Below, in pieces: positions 48,082 to 57,225 of a stretch of DNA of 64,000 nucleotides. This DNA comes from Bradymonadia bacterium (GTDB lineage Bacteria; Myxococcota_A; Bradymonadia; UBA7976; UBA1532), in contig JBKAGE010000079.1 in assembly GCA_046290225.1 (NCBI GenBank), positions 32,001 to 96,000 on the forward strand. The letters are read 5' to 3'. The notes beneath the pieces are model-generated. The model ran no database searches. It had not been told where the DNA came from and was given only the letters and a program-made list of their open reading frames with translations. The translations under genes were made by a program, and so were the position numbers. Within the stretch, counting starts at the first letter, position 1. The number at the start of each line of letters is the position of its first letter.

Positions 48082-50549
48082 GATGGCTCGCTCTGACGTT
48101 GGCGGCGGTCCTCGCTGCTGGCGTCGCCCACGCCGATGATCTCACCTCGGCGGTGCACCCTGGGGCCCTGCTCCAGCGCATGGAGGCCCTGGAGAACACC
48201 GGCAGGGCGCTCTATGTCTCCGCGGCCCCAGGCTCGGAGAATCATCGCCTGCTCGCATGGCTGGCTCAGGGCCGGCGGGTACACACCGCGACACTGGCCA
48301 TCACCCGGGGTGGGGCAGGGCACAACCGGTTGGGCCCTGAGCGGGGATCGCTGCTCAGTGTGTTGAGGGCCGACGAGTTTCAGGCGAGCCACCGCGTCGA
48401 CGGGGTGCGCATCTTCACGACCGGCGCCCGAGATTTCGGCGCCGCCCACACCGCCGAGGGTGCCCTCGAAGCCTGGGGGCACGAAGGCACTCTGGGCGAT
48501 CTCGTCCGGGCCATTCGGGTGTTCCGCCCTCACGTCATCATCACCGAGGCGCCTGTCTCTGGTGACGGTCAGCGCCTCGCGGCGGCGCAGCTGGTTCAAG
48601 AGGCCTTCGAGGCTGCCGGTGACTCCAGCAGATTCGCCGAGCAGTTGAAGTCCGCGCGCCCCTGGTCCCCCGTGCGGTTGTTGCACGATATGGGCGCTGG
48701 CGCAGAAGAGTCACCAGGTGATCTGCTCGTCGAGGTCTCGGGCTATGCCCCCCTGCTCGGTGAAAACCTGGGTGACATCGCCCGGGAGAGCGCCGCCGCA
48801 TATCATACGCTCCACGGTCTGCAGAAGCCCGCCCCCGCCGGTGCCGATGGCCCACGCATCGAGATCCTGCGCCCTGTGGCTGGGGCGCAGGCCACCTTCG
48901 ATCTATTCGAAGGGGTGTCACAAGGCTGGGCGGGCCTCGCCGGCGGTGCCGGCGTCTCTGCGGCCCTCGCCGAAGCCCGGACGGCATTTCGACCCCAGGC
49001 GCCCCACAGCGCGTTGCCTGCCCTGGCCCGGGCCCTCGCCGCCGCTCGGGCTCTCGGTGAGCCGGACCTGCGCCGGTGGGCTGTGCAGGCCCTCGAGCGC
49101 TTGATGGTGGACTGTGCCGGGCTCACGCTGAGCGCGACGGCGAGAGCCGAGGCGGTGATCCCCGGGGACAAGGTCTCGATTCGCCTCGGTGCGGTGCTCC
49201 GAGGTCGACGAGAGGTGCGGCTGCGCGGAGTTACGGTGGCGCTCACCTCCGCCGACGAAGGCGAAGGCCGCGCCGAGACCTCCATGAAGCCCGCGCTCTT
49301 GAGCCCCCAGGCCGCCTGGCGTGAGAGCCTCACCCTGAAGATCCCCGCCGATGCATCAGTGTCTACGGTGCCCTGGCTCAGCCGTCCCCCGACCGGTGGG
49401 CGCTACACCTTGCCCGAGGGGGCGATGCCCAATGTGCTCTGGGGCCAGGCCCCCATCGAGGCCACCTTCACCGTGGAGATCGCCGGCGCGGTCATCGACA
49501 TCGTCCGGCCCGTGACCGAGGGGCTGAGTGCGCCCCTCGATCGGCCGGTTGGGGTGGTGCCGCCCATGTGGTTGCAACCGAAAGACAAGCTGTTGATGCG
49601 CCCCGAGAAGGAAGAAGGCCGCCTCACTGTAGAGGTGGTGGCGGTGAAGAGCGGGGAAGGGGTGGTCACGCTGAAGGCTCCGCGGGGCTGGCGTGTGAAG
49701 CCTGCCCAGAAGAAGGTGAAGCTCAAAGCGGGGGCCCGCAAAGCGGTGACCTTCACGGTGACGCCCCGCAGCAGCGCCCGGGCGGGCACGGCCCAGTGGG
49801 CCATCTCTTCTGGCGATCGCACGTGGCATTGGGGCGCTCAGATCGTCGGCGGCAGGCACACGCCCCTGCGTCACGTGCCCGTCATCGCCGAGGCCAATGT
49901 CGTCCCCGGTGAGCTGGAGCTGCCGAGGGGATGGATCGGCTACCTGCCCGCTCCAGGCGACTCACTCATGCAGAAGTTGCGGCAGATGGGCCTCAAGATC
50001 AGAGCCCTCGATGCCCTCGACCTCGCCTCCGGGCCCTTGTTCGAGCTGCCTGTGGTGGTCCTCGGCCCTGGAGTCTTTGGTGATCACGAGGCCCTGGATC
50101 GTCACAGCCGACGTCTCAAGGCCTATGTCCGCCAAGGCGGCCGACTGGTGATCCTCGGTGGTGTCCCTGGCTCGGCTGGAGCGTTGGAGAGTCTGCCGCC
50201 GAAGTCGTTGACCTTGAGCACCGTGCAGGCCCTTGAGGCAGACGGAGCCGTGAAGCTGCTCCAACGCCTCGACCCGCTGATGGTGACGCCGAACCGCCTG
50301 AGTGATGCAGACTTCGAAGGTTGGGTCGAAGGCCGTGCGAGCGCGCTTCCGGAGCGTTGGGATGGGGCCTACAGCGCCCTGGTCGAGGTGGCCGACGAAG
50401 GCCAGAAGAAACAACGCGGTGCGCTGCTCAGTTTGAACTATGGCCGGGGCACGTTCATCTACACCGCCCTCGATCTGGCCCCGCAAATCGCTGCGGGTGT
50501 GCCCGGCGCCTACCGCTTGCTCGGCAACTTGCTCTCACCGCCCAAATAG
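48078..50549 (+). CDS. Secreted PIG-L/LmbE-like protein with NEW3-like and GATase-like domains; catalytic motifs degenerate
   Basis: Signal peptide; TRG..G.N..G.E and DFG motifs; AHPDDE replaced by AAPGSE; C-terminal VPGAYRLLGNLLS. Confidence 0.75.
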
Positions 50550-52168
50550 CGCTTGCCGGCAACGAGCACGCCCAGCGTCTTCAGCGTCTCGAGCTGAGCG
50601 CGCTCACGTGGATCTGCGCTGAGCAGCGTCAGATCGGCCACCTGCCCCACAGCGATGCGCCCACGACGATCCTCGGTGAAGCTCGCGAAGGCGGCGTCGA
50701 GGGTGAAGCCTCGGAGCGCCTCCGCAGGGGTGAGGGCCTCGGCGGCGTACCAGCCCCCTTTGGGCCCGGAGGGCTTCTGGCGGGTGACGGCGGCGTAGAG
50801 CCCGGCAAGCGGATCCGGTGACTCCACGGGAAAGTCGCTGCCCAGGGCCAGCGGTGCCCCAGCGTTGACGAGGCTGCGCCACGCATATGCGTGACGGATC
50901 CGCTCGGGGCCGAGGCGCTTCTCTGCCCAGCCCATGTCGCTGGTGGCGTGCACGGGCTGCACCGAGGCGATGATGCCCATCTCGCCCATCCGGCGCTGAT
51001 CGTCGGGATGTACGATCTGCGCGTGCTCCACGCGCATGCGGTGCCTCTGATCTTTCGGAAGACCAGCATAGGCATCGACGATCTCCCGCACTGCGGCGTC
51101 GCCGATCCCATGTACGCCAATTTGGAACCCCTTGGCGGCGTAACGGTTCACCTTCTCGATGAGCACATCGCCGGTGATGATGGGCGTGCCCTTGTGCCCA
51201 TGGGCGTCGGTGTAGTCGCTCAACAAAGAGGCCCCTCGGCTGCCGAGGGCACCGTCAGCGAACAACTTCACGCCCATGACCTGCACCATGTCGCCCCGTT
51301 GGGGTCCCGCCTCGACGAGGGGGGCGATGTGCGGATCCTGGTCGTCGAGCAACACGTGTACGCGGAATCCGAGCTGCCCTTGCTGAGCGAGCTGGCGATA
51401 CACCTTCACCTGGGCGGCGGTGGCACCCGCGTCGTGCACGCCCGTGAGGCCCACGGCGCGACAGGCCGCCACTGCCCTGAGCACCCATCGGGTGATGTCG
51501 GCTTCTGAGGGCTCGGGCATCTTCTGGCGCACGAGATCGACGGCGCTGTCGATGAGCACCCCTGTGGGCTGCCCGCTGGCGTCACGGAGAATCTGACCCC
51601 CTTGTGGATCAGGTGTCTGCCCGTTGATGCCCGCGTGCTGCAGCACCCGAGCGTTGACCCAGATGGCGTGGCCGTCCACTCGGGTGAGGACCACGGGCCG
51701 GTCGGGCACAGCAGCGCTGAGGATCTCGTGGGTGGGGAAGGCGCCACCGGGCCAGAGGTTCTGGTCCCAACCACGCCCGGTGATCCACTGGCCCTCAGCA
51801 GCTTCTGCGGCGGCGCGCTTCACCTGTGCTGCCACCGCTGAGGGAGAAGAGGCGCTGCGCAGATCGAGCCGCTCTAGGGCCTGCCCAAGGCCTGTGAGGT
51901 GTCCGTGGGCGTCCACGAGGCCAGGCACCACGATGGCCTCGGGCTCGCGGATGAGCGACTTGCCCTCAGGGCCTGTGTGGGTGGGGCCGATCCAGGTGAT
52001 GTGGCCTTTGTGTATGGCGATGGCGACGCCTTCGCCATGACGATGCTCTATCAGGCGACCCTGAGCATCGAAGCTCAGAGCCGCTCGGGCCTCGAGGCGT
52101 AGATCTACGGCAGGCTGCCCCCAAGCGGGGACGGCGAGAAGAGCGACGAGTAGGCTGAGGGCTTTCAT
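50510..52168 (-). CDS. Amidohydrolase_3 (YtcJ-like) metal-dependent hydrolase, secreted
   Basis: PGLVDAHGH, RVDGHA, KLFADGALGSRGA, HGIGD, RVEHAQ, GSDFPV; signal peptide from MKALSLL. Confidence 0.92.
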   Translation of the reverse strand: MKALSLLVALLAVPAWGQPAVDLRLEARAALSFDAQGRLIEHRHGEGVAIAIHKGHITWIGPTHTGPEGKSLIREPEAIVVPGLVDAHGHLTGLGQALERLDLRSASSPSAVAAQVKRAAAEAAEGQWITGRGWDQNLWPGGAFPTHEILSAAVPDRPVVLTRVDGHAIWVNARVLQHAGINGQTPDPQGGQILRDASGQPTGVLIDSAVDLVRQKMPEPSEADITRWVLRAVAACRAVGLTGVHDAGATAAQVKVYRQLAQQGQLGFRVHVLLDDQDPHIAPLVEAGPQRGDMVQVMGVKLFADGALGSRGASLLSDYTDAHGHKGTPIITGDVLIEKVNRYAAKGFQIGVHGIGDAAVREIVDAYAGLPKDQRHRMRVEHAQIVHPDDQRRMGEMGIIASVQPVHATSDMGWAEKRLGPERIRHAYAWRSLVNAGAPLALGSDFPVESPDPLAGLYAAVTRQKPSGPKGGWYAAEALTPAEALRGFTLDAAFASFTEDRRGRIAVGQVADLTLLSADPRERAQLETLKTLGVLVAGKRYLGGESKLPSKR

Positions 52169-52218
52169 GGGGGCAACATACCTTGACTTGGTCTCTTGAG
52201 CGGGGGCAAATGCCAACC

Positions 52219-52974
52219 ATGCGCACCATCATCACCGCCTGTACGCTCAGCCTGCTCGCGGCACCGCTCTGGGCTCAGACGCCACCTGAAGAGGGCGAAG
52301 AGCTGCCAGTGCTCGATCTCACTGGAGATGGGCCCCCAGAGGGCACCACCCTGGGAGAGCCTGATCCCATCGAAGAGGTGCCACCGGCCCCTGAGCGACC
52401 TGATGTGGATCCCGGCGGGGACTTCAGCGCCGATCGCAACCTCTTCAAAGAGGTGGAGACCGATCCGGAGCGCGTCGACGCCGAGCTGGAGTATCAGGAG
52501 CGCCTGCGCAACCGCACTGTGCCCCGATATGTGAAGACCCCGAAGGTGGCCCTCACGGTGCAGGCCCTCGCCGGTGTCTTCGGCGCTGGCCTCGTGGGCC
52601 TGCTCGGAGGCGCCCTCGGCGGGGCTGTGGACGACGGGAACAGCGTCGATCCTCTCGGGGGGTTCAACGGGCCGCTCATCGGCTTCACCGCGGGCTCCCT
52701 CATCGGATCGAGCCTGGCCACGTGGGGCACGGGTCAGGTCTTCGACAAAGAGGCGAGCGCGGTGTGGCACACCTCGGGCGCCAGCCTGGGCACCGTGCTC
52801 GGTGGCGGGGTCGCTGCAGGGATTCTGCTCGGCATCGACGATGGCGACAGCGGATCCACTGTAGCCATCATCAGCTTCCTGGCGATTCAGACCGCTGGGG
52901 CGCTGCTCTTCGGCGAGCTCGGGGAGCCGCCACCTCCTGCGGCGCCACCCCCGCCACAGACAGAGAGCCGCTGA
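52219..52974 (+). CDS. Hypothetical signal-peptide membrane protein with Gly-rich hydrophobic helices
   Basis: Signal peptide ending PLWA-Q; several GxxxG-rich hydrophobic segments. Confidence 0.7.
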   Translation: MRTIITACTLSLLAAPLWAQTPPEEGEELPVLDLTGDGPPEGTTLGEPDPIEEVPPAPERPDVDPGGDFSADRNLFKEVETDPERVDAELEYQERLRNRTVPRYVKTPKVALTVQALAGVFGAGLVGLLGGALGGAVDDGNSVDPLGGFNGPLIGFTAGSLIGSSLATWGTGQVFDKEASAVWHTSGASLGTVLGGGVAAGILLGIDDGDSGSTVAIISFLAIQTAGALLFGELGEPPPPAAPPPPQTESR

Positions 52975-53064
52975 GCAGCCCTCAGGCTGGGTCGTATCAA
53001 CAGCGTGTGAAGTTGGAGAAGGGGCTGGCCCTGGTGTGGGCCCGAGGCGGAGTGCTGTGTTCGC

Positions 53065-54984
53065 TCAGCGCACGTCGCAGGGCGGGATGAAGCAGGCTGC
53101 CGGGGGCAGGGTGCTCGGGGGCGGCTCGGCGGTGCAGTCACTGCCGATGGAGAGCTCAGGGGCCCAGGTCCATTCGCTGAACTGCATCTCGCCGAGATCG
53201 GTGGCCAGACCGCAGAGATCGTAGCCCTTCACCGTGGCGGTGCGCACCCAACGGGTGGTCTGCCGGTAGAACACGCCCACCTGATCGTTGGGGATAAAGC
53301 CCGAGTAGTTCTGGCTGACCTCGTCTGTCGACGACTCCAGCCAGGTCTGCCCTTCACGCTCGGAGCTCCCCTCGGCGACGGTCTCGGTCTGACGCAGGCC
53401 CTCGCTGAAAGACCACGTGCGGGTCTGCTCTCGGGTCATGGTGTCGTTGAAAGAGCGGTTGCGGTCTGCCGAAAGGGCATAGGTGCCCGAGAGGTTCTGA
53501 GACCGGCTGTCGGTGGTCGTGCTGCCGAAGCGGCTCGTCTCGGAGCGGTCACCCGACATGCCCCAGCCGCGATCGGTAGAGGTGCCGACGCGCTCACCGT
53601 TGGTGCCGTTGAATCGCCCGCCGACCTTCACGCCGAGCGTGGTGGAGGTGTTGCCGGTGACCTGGCCCATGCCCGGCACGCCGAACTCTCCCTTGACGCC
53701 GACGGTGCCTTTGACACCGGCACTGCCGTACACACCGGCCATGTAGTCGCGATAAGTGGAGTTGTTCTCACCCTCGCTGTAGCTCGAAGACCAGGACTCG
53801 CCATCTTCGGTGCTGTAGCCCACATCGTTGCGCTCGCTGTTGTTGTAGCTCACTCCGTACGACTCGCTGCTGGTCTCACTCTCGCGCTCGGCGCCGCCGA
53901 CGCTCTGGCTGATGCGCTCGCCCTCGGAGATGCCTTCTTTCCAGCTTTGGGAGTTGCTCACCCCGGCACGGGAGACGAAGTCACGGCTGAAGGCCACGCT
54001 CACCGTCTGCTGGCGGGTCTCCGAGGTGGTCTCGGAGTATTTGACGTTGCTGCGCAGATCGCCGCGGATGCAGCCGGAGACGGGCTGAGGCGCGTAGCGC
54101 TCGGCGAGATGCAGCTTGCCGCTGTAGTTGACCTCGATGGGCCGGTGCACGGTGAAGGGCAGAGCGGTCTCGACGCTGTTGCCATCTTTGTCGAAGGCCA
54201 GCACCCGCACCCCGGAGACATAGAACTGATCTGCGTCGGGGACGGGGTTGAAGAGCACGTACTCGTCTTGTACGCCACCCTCGTCGAGGGGGTAGCCCAG
54301 CGTGTCGGCGCCCACGGGGGCGCTGTACGTGTGGTCGAAGCGCACGACGCCAGACTCACCGTTGACGTTGGCCACCTCGTAGATGAAGCGGGTGGCCTGG
54401 ATGCCCACAGGGCGAACCCGCAGCCGGTAGGGCATGCCTGCGAGCCCTCGGAGGGCCGGGGCGCCACACTCGGCGTCGAGGGGCTGGAGTTCCTCGATGA
54501 CGATCGACGGCCCCACCTCCATCTGGAAGTCACCGGGCTCACCCTCTTCGATGAGCTCGCCGTCGAGCTCGGTGGTCATGACCGAGACCTGGCCCTTGAA
54601 GATGCCGGGGCGATCCTGGCTGTCGAAGGGGTTGGCGAAGGGCCCGAACCGGTTGAGCCGGAGGATGCGCCTGCCCTCGGGGTTCTCGTCGTCTTCAAAG
54701 CCGTCGTAGATGGTGGTGAAGGTGACGTCGACAGGCTCTTGCCGGCCATCGTCGGTGGTGTAGGTGCCCAAGAAGTGCACCTTGTTGAGGCCTTGCTCCG
54801 GGGGCAGAAAATTGTACCCGGCAAAGTCGATGGTCTGGCCGATAACGACCCGACTGGCCGAACTCTCCTCGACGACGGGCCCCGTGGGCGCACTCGCCTC
54901 TTCGGCTTCGGTGCCACATGCGGCAGTGAAGGTGAGCAGCGAAGTCAGCAACCAACGCTGGAGGGGAGACCTACGACTTGTCAT
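53065..54984 (-). CDS. Lipoprotein with very long Ser/Thr-rich putative beta-hairpin (paralog A)
   Basis: Lipobox TAACG; GAGGA RBS; collinear with the upstream paralog over its full length. Confidence 0.8.
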   Translation of the reverse strand: MTSRRSPLQRWLLTSLLTFTAACGTEAEEASAPTGPVVEESSASRVVIGQTIDFAGYNFLPPEQGLNKVHFLGTYTTDDGRQEPVDVTFTTIYDGFEDDENPEGRRILRLNRFGPFANPFDSQDRPGIFKGQVSVMTTELDGELIEEGEPGDFQMEVGPSIVIEELQPLDAECGAPALRGLAGMPYRLRVRPVGIQATRFIYEVANVNGESGVVRFDHTYSAPVGADTLGYPLDEGGVQDEYVLFNPVPDADQFYVSGVRVLAFDKDGNSVETALPFTVHRPIEVNYSGKLHLAERYAPQPVSGCIRGDLRSNVKYSETTSETRQQTVSVAFSRDFVSRAGVSNSQSWKEGISEGERISQSVGGAERESETSSESYGVSYNNSERNDVGYSTEDGESWSSSYSEGENNSTYRDYMAGVYGSAGVKGTVGVKGEFGVPGMGQVTGNTSTTLGVKVGGRFNGTNGERVGTSTDRGWGMSGDRSETSRFGSTTTDSRSQNLSGTYALSADRNRSFNDTMTREQTRTWSFSEGLRQTETVAEGSSEREGQTWLESSTDEVSQNYSGFIPNDQVGVFYRQTTRWVRTATVKGYDLCGLATDLGEMQFSEWTWAPELSIGSDCTAEPPPSTLPPAACFIPPCDVR

Positions 54985-55013
54985 GGTGATTTCCTCGTGG
55001 CGCGTGTTCACCT

Positions 55014-56948
55014 TCAACCTCCACAGGGCTCGATGCGGCAGACGGCGGGGGGCAGCTTGCTCTGCGGGGGCTGACCTTCACAGGAATCCGCAGTGACCAG
55101 CTCAGGGGCCCATTGCCAGTCGGAGAACTGCAGCTCACCCATGTGCTGCGCTACGCCGCAGAGGTCGAATGCCCGGACCTCGGCCCGCCGGACCCAGCGA
55201 GTGGTCTGACGGTAGAAGATGCCGAACTGGCCGTTGGGGATGAACCCGCCATAGCTCTGGATGACGCGGTTGCTCGAGGTGCTGCTCCAGGTGCGCTGCT
55301 CCGCCTCGCTCATGCCCTCGCTCACCACCTGCTCCATGGACTGACCTTGCTCGAGGGACCAGGTGCGGCTGCGGCTGCGGGCCTCGGTATCGGACTGGTT
55401 GCGACTGCGGCTGCGGGAGAGGGAGTACGACCCGCTCACGCTCTGGGAGACGCTGTCGGTGTTGCTGCTGCCGTAGCTCACGGTGTCGCGGGTGCTGGAG
55501 CTGCCACCCCAGCCGCGGCTGCTGGTGGTGCCGTCGCGGCCGCCCCAGCCGGTGCCCAGCTCGGCGCCGCCGGTGACGCCCACTGTGGTGCTGGCGCTGC
55601 CCGAGCCGTTGGCCACGAGGGGGATGCCCACCTCGCCTTCGACGCCGACGGTCATCTCGTAGCTGCCCTCGACATAACCCTTGGCAGTGCGGTTCCGGTA
55701 CTCCTCGGTGCTCTCGCCCTCAGCCATGTTCCAGCTCCAGCTCTCGCCGTCGCTGGTGGAGTAGCCCACGTCGTTGGACTCGCTGCGGCCGTAAGTCACG
55801 CCCTGGTTTTCCTGGATCTGCTCCGCCTCGGTGTTGCTGCTGCCGATGGTCCGGCTGCTGCTCTCGCCGTCGCTGATGCCTTCCTGCCAGTCCATGCTCG
55901 TCTGCACCCCCTGACTGGTGGTGAAGTTACGGCTCATGGTGACGCTGACGCTTTGCTGACGGGTCTCGGTCTTGGACTCGGTGTAGCTGACGTTGGTGCG
56001 CAGGCTGCCGGCGATGCAGCCGGTGACGGGCACGGGCTCGTAGCGCTCCGCCACCTCGTGGTTGCCGTCGTAGAAGACCTCTACGGGGCGGTGCACGGTC
56101 ATGGGGAGGAACGTCTCGACGCTGTTGCTGTCGGCGTCGTAGGCCACCACCCGGATCCCGGTGACGTACATCTGGTCGTCGAAGGGCACGGGGTTGAAGA
56201 CGATGGGCAGCGCGGCGCAGCCCTCGGGGCGCTCGTCGAGGTTCCTGAGCTCGGTCTCGTCGGCGCAGGGGTAACCCAGGGTGTCGCGGTCGATGGGGCT
56301 CGAGAAGGTGTGCTCCACCTGGGTGATGCGATCGTTCCCGTTCACTTTGCCGATGGCGTACTCGTACCGCACAGGCTTGATGCCCACGGCGCGGACGGCG
56401 ATCTTGTAGGGCAGCCCGGGCATGGCCCGCTGAGCAGGGGCGCCACACTCGGCGCCGAGGGGCTGGAACTCTTCGATGATGATCGAAGGCTCGACGTTGA
56501 GCTGCATGTCCATGGCCACGGGGTCGAGGCCGTCGAACTCACCGTCTTCGGTCTCCACCTCAGGGGTCACGGTGCCCTCGAAGACGCCGGGGCGATCATT
56601 GCTGTGGAAGGGGTTGCCGAAGGGGCCCACCCGGCTCCACCGCAGCATGCGGAACCCGTCTTCAGTCTCGCCGTCGAGCACGGGCGTGATGCGGAAGTCC
56701 ACAGCCTCTTCGCTGCCGTCATCGGCGATGAAGCGGCCCTTGAAGGTGAGCCGCACGGTGCCCTCTCCTGGTGCCGGGAGGTTGCGGCCGTAGAAGAAGA
56801 GCGTCTCGCCGACCACCACGTTGGCCTTGGAGATCGCTTCGAGTCGAGGGGCGTCGTCAGAGATCCCGCTGTCGGGATCTTGAGAGGCACAGCCGTGTGC
56901 GATGGCGGTGGCCAGCAGCCCAATGGCGAGTCGGCGCATCGTGATCAT
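55014..56948 (-). CDS. Lipoprotein with very long Ser/Thr-rich putative beta-hairpin (paralog B)
   Basis: Lipobox IAHGC; GGAG RBS; central GVEGEVGIPLVANG aerolysin-tip-like motif. Confidence 0.8.
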   Translation of the reverse strand: MITMRRLAIGLLATAIAHGCASQDPDSGISDDAPRLEAISKANVVVGETLFFYGRNLPAPGEGTVRLTFKGRFIADDGSEEAVDFRITPVLDGETEDGFRMLRWSRVGPFGNPFHSNDRPGVFEGTVTPEVETEDGEFDGLDPVAMDMQLNVEPSIIIEEFQPLGAECGAPAQRAMPGLPYKIAVRAVGIKPVRYEYAIGKVNGNDRITQVEHTFSSPIDRDTLGYPCADETELRNLDERPEGCAALPIVFNPVPFDDQMYVTGIRVVAYDADSNSVETFLPMTVHRPVEVFYDGNHEVAERYEPVPVTGCIAGSLRTNVSYTESKTETRQQSVSVTMSRNFTTSQGVQTSMDWQEGISDGESSSRTIGSSNTEAEQIQENQGVTYGRSESNDVGYSTSDGESWSWNMAEGESTEEYRNRTAKGYVEGSYEMTVGVEGEVGIPLVANGSGSASTTVGVTGGAELGTGWGGRDGTTSSRGWGGSSSTRDTVSYGSSNTDSVSQSVSGSYSLSRSRSRNQSDTEARSRSRTWSLEQGQSMEQVVSEGMSEAEQRTWSSTSSNRVIQSYGGFIPNGQFGIFYRQTTRWVRRAEVRAFDLCGVAQHMGELQFSDWQWAPELVTADSCEGQPPQSKLPPAVCRIEPCGG

Positions 56949-57080
56949 CCTCAACTCCAGTAGCCACCCGGCTGATCGACTGGCCAGGGTCTGTTGTCTC
57001 CACTGGCCCCCGATCATCTCGGGAATCTCTAATGTTTATTGCCGCGAAGCCCTCAGCAGCCTCGTGTGGCCCGGTAATAT

Positions 57081-57096
57081 AGCACAGGCCGTGCCG
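57081..57096 (-). promoter_or_regulatory. Putative sigma54 (-24/-12) promoter
   Basis: CGGCACGGCCTGTGCT matches TGGCACG-N4-TTGCW with exact GG-N10-GC spacing, about 130 nt upstream of paralog B. Confidence 0.55.
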
Positions 57097-57225
57097 GGGA
57101 TTGAGGTCGCCAGCCAGTGTCATTTTGAGGGGGAGCCCACAGTGTGTGCAAGCATTCGTGCTGTGGTGACTGCCGAGGCCGGAGATGTCGCCCTCCGAGC
57201 GTCGAGCGGGCGGGCCTGAATCTGT

